Assembly: GCA_030141605.1 (NCBI GenBank)
Contig: JAQGDQ010000681.1
Span: 49,539-113,538, forward strand
Reading direction: 5' to 3'
From: Tubiluchus corallicola
Taxonomy: Eukaryota; Animalia; Priapulida
DNA: 64,000 nucleotides
The translations under genes and the position numbers were made by a program. The notes beneath the pieces are model-generated. The model was given only the letters and a program-made list of their open reading frames with translations, was not told the origin of the DNA and made no database searches. Below are positions 1 through 11,236 of this stretch, one piece after another. Within the stretch, counting starts at the first letter, position 1; the number at the start of each line of letters is the position of its first letter.

Positions 1-149
1 ATGCATCGTGAAGAAGATCAGTCAGCACCTGAAATGAAGTGATTGAAAGTTCAGGACGCGCTACACTGCAATCCCACCACCAAGGCCGGTTTTAAGCCAA
101 TCTGATTTCATTCAGTGTCCGATTTGATCATGACAATTTTCTGAAGGAT

Positions 150-330
150 TTATAAAAAGTGAAGATCAATTATCAGTGATGTTAACTTGAATATCGTCCT
201 CAAGTATCATCCTACTAAATTGATACCAAACATTCCACGCACAGTGATTGCTTCAAAGGATCATATAAAAAGAAAGAGCACAGCCCCCAGGACTGAGCCT
301 TGAGGCAGACCAAAGTGGAGATGGTGATGT
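150..330 (-). mobile_element. Degenerate LINE (L2/CR1-like) reverse transcriptase fragment
   Basis: Minus strand translates GLPQGSVLGAVLFLF* (RT motif GVPQGSVLGP) with an in-frame stop; boundaries approximate. Confidence 0.65.
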
Positions 331-785
331 GCGTAGAACCTAGAGTGCTTCGTCATCTCATGAGCTGAATCTTCACAAGCCAGTCTTCCTGTCCTTTTGA
401 ACATTCAGAGGGCCTCCAAGAGGGGGCCCAGCACACACGCTCGAGCAGAGAACGCTACGATGAATTAATGAGCGTCCAGTTTACACAAAGTTTCTTGATA
501 CTGTGAACGTAGTCAAACGATTCAGTCTGTCGTCGTATTTCTACGTTTCGATGTTTTTACTGATCTTTTGTTTAGTTGTTTTGTAATTTCAGTTTGTCAT
601 CTCTTTTTAGAAGGTACAGGCACAAACAGTATGTTGGTAATTATCTTAACTTGTATCAAAATATTAAATATTTCATAGACGGTTTTAATTTCTATGACAT
701 ATCATTGTGGCTGATGATGGAGCTCCAAACTCTCAATGCTTTTTGGTTGGTGCTGGATTACTACACGAAGCATAAAGCATCAATC

Positions 786-1185
786 CAGGGATGAGAATAA
801 CAAATTGCAAAAAAAGTCTGAAACAAATTGCAATTTTGTGACAATAGAGAGCCTCTAAGTGGACTTTTTAAATTATGCTTTGGTATTTCGGTTGTTTGTG
901 TCTGGAGGCCTCAAAGCTTCACATTAGTCTGCAATGAAGATATGCCGCATTGCCGTAAAAGGCATGCTACAAATCGTACAGATTATCAAATAAACGATAT
1001 TTACGCTTTATTTGAACTATTTTAGCCAAAATTTTTCAGCGATTTTTAACATCTAGGAGATAAAAGGTAAACTGGATGAATACCTCGAAAAATGCTACTG
1101 AAAGTTTCGGTTACGATTTCGACGAAAACGAGGTTCAACCCCGAAAAATTTTGTTAACGAATTTATGCGATTTACAAAAATCTGC
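786..1185. mobile_element. Partial copy of the CAGGGATGAGAAT hAT-like MITE family
   Basis: Starts with the family TIR; body near-identical to 50050-50350. Confidence 0.7.
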
Positions 1186-1456
1186 AAATTAGGCATCGCA
1201 CTTCCTAGCACTTTCCCTGCCCCTAACCCCCCACACCCGCACACAATCAGCATTACCTGCCCAGGGTAATATCCTAAAAAAATATAGGACATTTTTTGAA
1301 AAAGATATACGAATTATAGGACATTTTCAAAAAATATATGAATTACAGGACATTTTCAAAAAAATATACGAATTATAGGACAAGTACGAGCCCTGCTGCC
1401 CTGCGCAGTAACAAGGACCATAACATTATTATCATTGGCCTTAGTAATATACTTAC

Positions 1457-1631
1457 AGCAACACCACCATATTCAACAAACTTCTCCTGAGACAGCGGAA
1501 AATGTCGAACGAGACACGAAAGGGCGTACAGCATGCGACTCCGTTCCGTATCCCCCGGCTGCGCGGAGAGGTGAAACAGGAGCGTGTGCAAAATGCCCTC
1601 TTCCAGTACAGAAATTTGCACCGGGGGATTG
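1457..1631 (-). CDS. SIL1: SIL1 coding exon 5
   Basis: [12 protein letters not shown]...[25 protein letters not shown]; tttag / gtaagt. Confidence 0.92.
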
Positions 1632-4600
1632 CTAAACAAACAAACAAACAAACAGACAAATGACGTCACATTTCAAAAAACTGAATGTTGGGCAGAAAAG
1701 TTGAATAATTTTGGGGATTTACACATTCCTACAAACGGAAGGAGTTTACATTTCTCCACACAATTTAAATACCCTAACCCTAGCCCTAGCCCTGACCCTA
1801 ATGCTACCCCATTACCCTACACCTAGCCCCAATTCCATGCTAGCTCAATGCTAACCCTACCCCTTACCCTAACCTTAACCCCAAACCTAACCTTAACCCT
1901 AATCGTAATCCTAACAATAATTCTAATCTTAACCCTAACCCTAATTCTAATCTTAACCCTAATCCTAATTCTAATCTTAACCCTAACCCTAACCATAATT
2001 CTAATGTTAACCCCAAACCTAACCCTAACCCTAATCCTAATCTTAACCCTAACCCTAATCATAACACAACTGCCACCACCGCCACCACTATTACCATCAC
2101 CATCACAACAACAAAAACAGTAATAGTAACAGCAACAGCAACAGTAACAATAACAACAACAACAACAGCAGCAGCAGCAGTAACTGAACCTAAACAAGGT
2201 TACAAAATGGTCTGCCGGGCCAAAGAAAACTGATTACAATTCAAGGATATACAAAGATATACCGTATTTTCCCGTGTATAAGAGACCCCTTCAATTTTTA
2301 GGCAAAAATTCTGGAAAAAAGTTTTTTCAGACGGACATTTTTAGAGGGTAAAGTACAACTTTTTTCAACTCAGTGCGGTACTGAAAACAAAATAAAACCA
2401 GTTAATGTGTTGTAGAAAAAGAGTACTGGTATATATTAAAGTGCGTACCTGCAAACCTGTAACAGGAAAAGAGAAAACGAGGAGATAATGCCTGTGTCAC
2501 GATGCTTGTATTGCTTACAACCGCTTCATAGTCGAACGCGACACGCAAAACAGTTGTAGAGCACTTATTTCTTTAAAATCATTAGTGTCACAATTTATGC
2601 ATCTTATTGAAAAGACTTACTCCCATGTATAAGAGACCCCCTATTTTTAAAGTGAAAATTCTGAGCAAAAAAGGGTCTCTTATACACGGGAAAATACGGT
2701 ATATATTTGAGTATATATATATATGTATATCTTTGAGTTGTAATCAGTTTTCTTGGGCGCGGCAAACCGTTTTGAATATATATTATATATATTTATATAT
2801 TTATATATATATATATATATAATCAAAAGCGTTTCCTTCGTTAGAAGCATTATAACAAGGTTTGACTGTACAATCCTGCATAGAACATACCTCTGAAGAG
2901 CAGAACCAAGTACAAGAGCAGCCTCTGTTCTCAGCGAGGAATCAGTGCTATTAAGAGCCTTCTTGATTAGTGGCAAGCCTCCGAATTTGACGAAATCTTG
3001 AGCAACATCAATCTGAAAGTGGACGGGATAATTTTAGTTGGAGCAATCCCATTCACCGGGAACGACAATACGGTAAAACAATGCTCTAATTTGATGATTA
3101 TTGTGTAACATAATCCTCTGAACCATAGTCAATGTCGTGTCGCTAAAGTTGTCGCTGGGGTGCTTTGGGGAGAGCCAACAACCGACATTGGCAAGTTTAT
3201 CAGACTGTTTTTGTAGTTGCGATGTTCGTGTTAAACAGATAAAATCACTTGATGAAAACATGGTTTAACTTTGCGATCTGTATTTTACTCAAAATCATAG
3301 ACTCATAGTCAGTCCACATATATGCAAAAATGGTAAACGTGATCAACAGTAGTAAACAAATGTTAAAGTAAATCCATCAGCCAATATATCATGGCACCTG
3401 AGTCAAAACGTTATTATACCCAAACCACTGTTTAAGCCCATTGCTTGTCCTCTAATCTTGCTACCAAGTGTGAAAAACTACTAGATTCACAGAGAAGCCG
3501 AGTAACCCAGTTCCATACAAACATATAGCAGTAGCAAGTACATACATATATTGGAAACTACCAAGTGTACAAACAGATGTCAGCACTGACTTAGTGATAA
3601 CGAAAAACTAAAGTTTAAAACTACAAATCAAAATTAATAATAAACTGTAAATTAAATGCTCGCAGTCAACAATTATCGTCAAAGCAAAGTAGGTTAACTA
3701 TCTAGAACTACATTAAAAAATTTAAGCAGCAGCAAGGGGGGTGGCAACAACAGCAGCAGCAGCCACAAGTGCCTCGACTGCCGCCGCCGTCAACACCACC
3801 ACCACCATCACGACAACAACAACAACAACAGCAATAACAGCAGCAGCAGCTGCTACAACTGCTGCCACCATCACCATCGCAACAACAAAAACAACAACAA
3901 CAACAATAACAAAAATGACGTTAACAACAACAACAGCAGAAGCTGCTACTACTGCCGCCACTACTACCATCACCATCACAACAACAAAAACAGTAACAAC
4001 AGCAGCAACAGCAAAAACAACAACAGCAGCTGCTACAACTGCCGCCACCACTACTACCATCACCATCACAACAAAAAACAGCAACAGCAGCACCAACAAC
4101 AACAATAACAAAAACAATGACAACAACAGCAGCAACAGCGGCACCAACGACAACAACAACAAAAACAGCAACAGCAATAACAACAGCAAAAATAACAACA
4201 ACAACAACAACAGCAACAACAACAACAACAACAACAACCACAACAACAGCAACAACAACAATACTAATATAAGAAAAAACAACTTGATAACCTGGAAGAA
4301 ATTTCCCACAATCATTCTAACAATCTCAAACATTAATAAAACTAATAAATTAACTGTGAATTAATTGCAACTCTGTACTTCGCTACCGACCTGATGCAAG
4401 TAGTATTCCAAATCGGTGAAAATTCTCACTTTCTCTGCGACGTCTGTGGACTTGTTGTAGCGCTGCAAAAGCTCAGTTACAATTTCCTGGTCGGTCCGAA
4501 CGTCCACTTTCTGGTCCGACAGCATTTTCTTCAGCTCGTCGTAGCTGCGGTGTGAACCGGCCTTTTCCTATGATATTATAATAAATAAAAACGTGTACTA

Positions 4601-5663
4601 AGATAATAATGAAGATAATAATAATAAGAAAATTCTTTGTCACACTTTACCGTCTTTATTGGATCAGCTCTGTTATTATCGGCACATAACTCAAGAATTA
4701 CACGCCAACAACCCTACACCTGCTACTATCTACAACCACATTTTTCATAAACTCAGATCAGGTCATCCATCCAGTAGCATTCTCTTCAATTGTTGCAGAA
4801 CTATATAAAGTACACTAAACGTTTTGCTAACTGATTGTACGTACAGTTGTATTTTACGTTATTATGTAGACTGTCTCTCATTCAAGTACTCATTAATAAA
4901 CAATTTATGCTAGAATCAACTATGCGTACTGCTGTAATAATTGCAATACTACATTAACCGTATTAATTCCATATGTATTGGATTTCTGATTTAAGTAGCA
5001 ACATTGTACATTACAATGTACAACTTGCACTTTGCGTGGGCGTATAGGATTATGTACATCCAGAATCGTTTCTGTTATCGTATCCGTGTATGGGTTTTGT
5101 AAATTTCAATTAAGTATTAACAAATGAACTAGTCGTATTTTTGAATTAACTATTATGCGTTATTACATACTCGAACTAACTAATTGCATATTTCTTCAAT
5201 GCACATAGTGGAAATACTGTGATCAGTAATAGTTACTGTGTTGCAAATCCACTCAAAATAAATAAAGTTATTCCATATATTCAATAAATATATATATACC
5301 AAGATGTTGTAGAACAAATATGGCAAAACATTTCATTAGTTATATGGGACCAGTCCTATAGAATAGACTAAGCCAAAATTCAAAATGTAGTCACTCCCTT
5401 TCAAGTTTTAAAAAAACCGTCAGAAAAGAAATGTTTCAAGAGTATTAAGAGTAACACAGTTTGATAATGGTAATCACCTGCATTCTTTTTCCACAGTAAT
5501 CTTAATCAAATGTGACTATGCTCAACAGGTTACTGAACACTTTATAATCATGATCACGGTTTTCTTAGTTCTCGCTCCATTTCATCATTCATTCACTACT
5601 CGCCCTACATCACAGTTTTTCTTAGTTCTTGCTCCATTTCATCTTTCATTCACTACTCCCCCC

Positions 5664-5707
<44 letters not shown>

Positions 5708-8700
5708 CATTATTTCAATTATTAATCATTTCTTTAAGATTTCCACATACGGTCTGGCCTGTCAAGCTATGCTTTTAGGCTCAAAATGTATGCATCAAAA
5801 TTATTCTGTAATGTAATTTGCACATGTATATGCTGCATAAGAATCTCTTTCGCAATTTCTGGATAACATTGCATTTATATTTATATTTAGTTCAGTGGAA
5901 AATTATCTGTATTTTTTTGTAACTGTAAGATGCAGTGTGGAAATAAATAAACTTAAACTTAACTTAAACTTAAACTATATATACTTTACTGTCTTGAGAA
6001 TCAGCTAGTTCATTCTTAAAGTTCTTCAGTGCTTTCTTTAACTCTTCGGGTGAATATTGTATTTCGCCTGATGCTGAATTTTCATTTTTCTCCATGAGTT
6101 TGGCCTGCTTTTCACCCGTCTGCAGGTCAAGCCTGATGTGAAGCCCGGCCGGAACTTTCTGACCTGCAAAAATCGGACGAATTTATTTATTCCACAGCAA
6201 CAAAAAATACATACAAATCGTTATTACATTGAAAAAAAAATTATAAACCAAACGAGTTACTGTGAGGAGGGGGAAGGAGCATTAAGCTTTCGAGTCCTCC
6301 TCCAGATAAGTGAAACAATTGACAATTAACATTACATTTTCATCAGTTATATCGAACATTAGAACAAAACAAGTTTTGTTAGTAACTTAAGATCAGGATG
6401 AGTAAAATTGTGAGTTAATTATACCGTTGTAGTAAGTAATTCTTTGATGCTTTTTTAAATTAATAAAGATTCAGTCGGAATTGATGACCACATTTTAATA
6501 GCATTATATTTAGATGACTATTTCATTATATTTGTTTTTGGAAGGGGGAGTACGTAGTTTCCGAATGAATATCTTGTGTAATGATCATGTTGATTTGAAA
6601 CAGGACTAAAGTATGACTGAAAAGCTGGTGGAAGTAGTGAATTATGATACTGATACAGGAAATGAAGAGAATGCATGCCATATATTTCTTTCACTTTAAC
6701 AGTTTTAACAGACAAGTAAATTATATTTGTAGGATGGTCATACCTTACATGATATATAAGTTCTGGGTAACTTGTAAAGCTTCCAATTTAATTTTATATA
6801 CACCATCCCACCCCGGATAAAAGCTTGTTACATCCGGGTAAAGAATTACCGGAAGGGCACGAATTTGCCCTTTGCCAAATACATTGCGCAATTGATATTT
6901 CCCTGCTGAATGTCAGATGATTAAAACAGTGAAGCAGTGGCAGCTCGTATATAGGTACTGTGGAAATGCAGCGCCCCCTATTTTCACTCAATATTATTGA
7001 TAATATTTAAGATAATAAGTTGTTTTTCTTTAGTTCTTTATACTTGTACGGAAACCATGTGTATAGGTACCGTGGAACTGCAGCGCCCCCTATTTTCGTT
7101 CATTAATATCGATAATATTCAATATAATAAGTCTTTTTCTTTAGTTCTTTCTTTGTACTTGATAAAAAAGCACAAAAATGAAATACAAGGGTGGTAGCAA
7201 GAGTAAGGAAATGACAATGGAGAGTGAATGAGATGACGGAGAAAATGAAGTTTAGATTCGCATGAGAATGTAACACTGATTTTTGTTACAACATAAATTA
7301 TGTAGACGTTTTTCATACAGTTCGCCCAATCGTGGTTCATGTATAGGTACCGTGGTACAGCAGCACCCCTTGTTTTCACTCATTAATATAGATGATATTC
7401 AATATAATAAGTCTTTTTCTTTAGCTCTTTCTTTATACTTGTACGGAACCAGAGCACAAGATGGTAGTACCGTTTGCTTTACGGCCCAGCACAGTGCGCT
7501 CCAGCAATGCGGTGTTTGGCCGTTATGTCCATGCGGCCATGTGCACATGTCTGAAATAATACGCCGTATGCTGCACTGCTAGTGTCTGCTGCTAAGTAGA
7601 GAAAGTACTGTCACTCACACAGGGTGTGTGCTGTCAGTTGTCACGTGCTCAAAAACTGTGTACTGGCATATTCTTGAACTTCTACAATTTAAGCTATTCG
7701 TAAGCAAAAATTTTATTTAGGATTTTATCAAGTTTATGTATAAATTTTTGTACGTTTGTTTGTTTAAAATTGCAATTAGAACACTAAAATTACATATGTT
7801 TATTTCGTTTTGCATAATATGAAAAAAAAGGCTAAAAATTTTCTAAAGCAGCACCTCCATTAATTTTAACTACGGGCAAGTAGTACGACTGTAAATTCAG
7901 AAAAACAAGTGACAGTATATGTGCAATAAAGCAAGCACACTACTGTAAACGATTTTTTCAAAGACAATTTTTCTTGTACATAAACAACAGAGAACTTTGT
8001 GTATATTGGCTATAAAATGTTTGTGTTTTACTTAAGAGAAAACAGCAATACTATTAAGCACAAAATTTGTGCATTGAGAAGAATATAAATCGACTCTATA
8101 TATTCCGCACCCTCAAAACGCATCCGTAAACGATGCCACGTAAACGCCACTTTAGGCTGTATAGGACAAGGCTTACTTATTAGCTGGTGTTGTGTTTTGT
8201 TTCTCTCGGAAGGCTCGTAGAGAAAACCAGAAAACACTTCATCAAATTAAACTAGTTTATTAAGCGAGAATTCTACAACACAAAAGTATGAAGGAACGTT
8301 TACAGTAAATGTGATAATCTGGAAAACGTTTGAGTGTATCTGAAAAAACAGGTATACAAGAGAATGTGTGCGTCCGTGTGAATCTGCATGTGTCCCTCAG
8401 CGACCTGCTTCGCCTTATATAGGGTGCCAGAGAACATTCTAGACGAGTCTTTCTAGAACATGCTACAAGGTAAGACGATTATTCTAACGGAACATTCTAC
8501 AATGCCAGCGATCTCCACAACAGCTGGGAAAATTCCTGCTTAGCAGTTTTAAAGTTTTTGCTTTTTTCTTTATTCTATTATGTTACGTCTTGTAACAGTG
8601 GACTATTTTAGCATTTCCTATTATCTCTCCCAAATACGCTGTCTTTAGTTTACTTTTACATACAAGACAATTTCCTTTTGTGAAAGTAACTATGTTGTTT

Positions 8701-9209
8701 GTTTTGCATTAAATCACGGATAAATAAGCAGGAATAATAAATTGCATAAATAATGTGCAAAAGCAACGCAACAATGGTAACAGTGCTAAAAACAACGACA
8801 ACAACATCAACAATGACAATAACAACAACGGTTTAGGAAATAGTGATGGCAACGACAATTGTGGCAACAGATACAGCAGCAGCAACACTGTTGGTGACAA
8901 TGACAGCAACAGTAAATACAACAACAGCAGTAAAAACACTGTCACAATAAGAGTGCAATCATCAGCATACATCATATGATTCAGGTTCTTACCAGGTTTT
9001 ATGTGCTGCCATTCCTCAGTTGGATGAAAAATGTCAGTCGCGTCCGCATCATCATCTTCATCGCTCTCCACATCGACACTAGCCTCGTCGTTGTCACCAT
9101 CAGCTTCAACTACGGTGAGAGCGTTCTGTCGTTGCACCATGACAGAAGCGCCTTGTTTCTCAGAACTTGCACAGACACAAAAAAGCAGAAAAATGGCAAA
9201 CTTATACAT
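1457..9209 (-). CDS. SIL1: SIL1 nucleotide exchange factor for BiP, 5' part (exons 8993-9209, 5985-6163, 4391-4567, 2891-3012, 1457-1631; continues left of window)
   Basis: Phase-compatible GT-AG joins give signal peptide [15 protein letters not shown], then [65 protein letters not shown] and [12 protein letters not shown], all SIL1-family motifs. Confidence 0.93.
1770..2060. repeat. Degenerate (CCCTAA)n telomere-like tract
   Basis: Tandem taaccc/taatct hexamers. Confidence 0.85.
2262..2699. mobile_element. Tc1/mariner-type MITE
   Basis: 27-bp TIR CCGTATTTTCCCGTGTATAAGAGACCC, TA on both flanks. Confidence 0.9.
2891..3012 (-). CDS. SIL1: SIL1 coding exon 4
   Basis: [13 protein letters not shown]...[11 protein letters not shown]; tttcag / gtatgt. 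Confidence 0.92.
3725..4265. repeat. Compound trinucleotide microsatellite (CAA/CAG/CAC)
   Basis: Directly visible; similar tracts at 2060-2185 and 8755-8945. Confidence 0.9.
4391..4567 (-). CDS. SIL1: SIL1 coding exon 3
   Basis: [14 protein letters not shown]...[10 protein letters not shown]; ag/gt boundaries. Confidence 0.9.
5320..5975 (+). mobile_element. LINE 3' end (L2/CR1-like) with short-repeat tail
   Basis: [11 protein letters not shown]...SLSSFKK ORF2-end-like peptide; AATAAA followed by (aaactt)n tail. Confidence 0.55.
5985..6163 (-). CDS. SIL1: SIL1 coding exon 2
   Basis: tttttgcag acceptor; [23 protein letters not shown]; phase-0 donor gtatat chosen to match the next exon. Confidence 0.88.
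6180..6750 (-). mobile_element. LINE 3' fragment (L2/CR1/Crack-like), copy 1
   Basis: LPPAFQSYF...[11 protein letters not shown]2 C-terminal peptide; near-identical to 25735-26310. Confidence 0.75.
8188..8522 (-). mobile_element. Solo LTR with heat-shock elements and TATA box
   Basis: TGTTGTG...CACAACA termini; 5-bp TSD GCTGG on both sides; on minus strand HSEs, then TATATAA (8421-8415), then AATAAA (8261-8256). Confidence 0.85.
8415..8500 (-). promoter_or_regulatory. Cluster of heat-shock elements upstream of a TATA box (in solo LTR)
   Basis: aGAAcaTTCt (8431-8440), tTTCtaGAAc (8450-8459), gGAAcaTTCt (8489-8498); TATATAA 8421-8415. Confidence 0.65.
8993..9209 (-). CDS. SIL1: SIL1 coding exon 1 (signal peptide, acidic linker)
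   Basis: ATG at 9209; donor G|gtaaga at 8992. Confidence 0.9.
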
Positions 9210-9316
9210 CGTGAGTACTCAGTAAGAGATACCGTCACTTTAAATGTTTGAAATTGGATCTTTAAGTGTTTGTGATGTGTTAGCACGACTGAGACTTATT
9301 AATGCACATGATAATG

Positions 9317-9535
9317 TCATTGCCAGAAAAGAATGCTAGCTGCCATTAAGACACAACATGCGGCAACATAGGGACTCTTTCGTTCGCCTATTCTGGCACA
9401 CTTCCAGAATATCCCGAGAAAACCCTCTTTGTTTCGGTCCAGAAAGCTCGGCGCCAGCGCACGCACGTAAGCACAGGTACAAATCAGTAGTAAAATAACA
9501 GTCAGTAGGCTCTGAAAATTGAATAGTGCAGACAT
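9317..9535 (-). CDS. TMEM167A: Protein kish (TMEM167A-like), 72 aa, intronless CDS
   Basis: [25 protein letters not shown]...[21 protein letters not shown]: full-length kish-A signature sequence. Confidence 0.96.
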   Translation of the reverse strand: MSALFNFQSLLTVILLLICTCAYVRALAPSFLDRNKEGFLGIFWKCARIGERKSPYVAACCVLMAASILFWQ

Positions 9536-10995
9536 GCTTGATGAAAACTTAAATCACCACAATGGTGTTGCGTTGACATTTGCCATGTCAAAGAAATACT
9601 GTCTTGATCTACGACGACACCTGCAAAAGCAAACTTGAATAATTATCAGGATGATTCACAAAAACGTATTATCCTTTTTTATAGCTTAGTTCAGTTTACA
9701 GTGTTCCCTCACTTATCGCGGGTGTTGTTTGGGGGTGTGTTGGGGGTGGGGTTTTTGTGTGTTGTGTTTTTTGTTTTGTGTGTTGTTGTTTGGGTTTTGG
9801 TGTTGTTTTTTTTTTTGTTGTTGTTTGTGTTTTTTGGGGTGTATTAATGATTTAAATAATGTGTCATAAGTTAGAACACTTATGAGGGATCAGTATTATG
9901 GAACTCTCTACCTACTCATATAACTTCTTTACCTCTGCATTCGCTAAAAAAACAGTACGCTAAGGCACTTCTTGAAACTTACAAATAAATCAGTTTTTTT
10001 TTGTCTGTTAGATGTACATTCTTATGGTAACTTTTGCTTAAAAACATTTTTTATGAGGTGCAAACTCACTTTTTTGCTGTTGTATTTTTGTTTTTTGTAT
10101 TTCTGTACGTTTATGTATTTATTAGATGTATTTATCAGAAACAATTGTAAGGTATTTTGCTTAGTAGTTCGTAAATTTGTCATGGTTTTTGATTTTTGTC
10201 TTTTGCTGTTGTATTTTTGTTTTTGTATTTCTGCACGTTTATGTATTTTTTAATATAGCTGTGTCTACTGTCCTTAGCGTCTTTTTGTTTACTGTCCTTT
10301 GAGAAGGGTGGTTGACTCGATAACCTTTGGTTTTTCGCCACCCTTTCTCCTATGTTTGTTTGTATTTTTGTGTATTTTATTGTCAAATTATTGTATATGG
10401 AGGAAAATAAATTACTATTATTACTATTAGTATTATTGTTATGTAGCTCTTGCGGATTTTCCGCTGTCCAAAATCGTAATAAATTATTAACACGAAATAC
10501 ACGCTATGTTATCTTTTTGATCGTGTAACTGAAAAGTTAGAAAATGTCATCTTGTTACAAAAAACGATCTCGAAAATTAATGTAAAATACTATGATACGT
10601 TACAAACTGAAATTGACAGGAAAGCAAGTTTGCGATAATAACACGTGTAATAACAAACAGCAACACAGCGACATCTTTTGCCAACCAATAACTTTTATTC
10701 GAAAATTTGTTGTGCATGTTTATTCACGAGTAAAACGTATCAAAAATATAATTGCGCAAACAAATAAACTACCTAGCTTTATTAATAATTCATTTCCTAT
10801 GATACGGTTTTGTAAACGAAAATCTAATTATTGGATAAAATATATTTTTCATTTACTGCCCTGGTGTTGAAATACAAAACTATTGCGTTCATATGCACTA
10901 TACAGTACTGTATGTAGTGTACTAAGTCCATTTCGCGTACTGTATAACAGTAAATTTTTAGTTAGGCATTTTTATAACATTTATGTAACATTTGT

Positions 10996-11236
10996 ATGGC
11001 TATGTATAGTCGCAGTCAACAACGTGCCTACTTTTTTGTGATAATATTGTTTAGTTTAGCTTCTGCAGCTCTCATTGCAACATCGGTTGGTACAGAAAGT
11101 TGGTTACAGTCTACACTTAATAGGACCGGTGCTGAAGGCGAAGATGGAATGATGTCAAAAGTCAATTTAGGCGTTTTTCTGGGAAACGGCAGCTTCCACA
11201 GAGGCGTACTTGGCTGGGATAACCAAGAATTTCGTG
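10996..11236 (+). CDS. Clarin-like exon 1
   Basis: TM1 then SVGTESW...VNLGVFLG; donor G|gtatgt. Confidence 0.85.

Noticed and set aside
535-740. Hammerhead-like fragments (ctgatga...; tcgaaacg on minus strand), possibly Penelope-derived
   Set aside because: Catalytic core incomplete (GAAA or CUGA missing) and stems weak
3722-4364. Thr/Asn-rich and Leu/Val-rich ~200-aa ORFs
   Set aside because: Trinucleotide microsatellite inside a SIL1 intron
9573-9591. TTGACAT/ATGTCAA palindrome with a UPRE-like TGACATGG
   Set aside because: Mismatch in the ACGT core; too short to call a regulatory site
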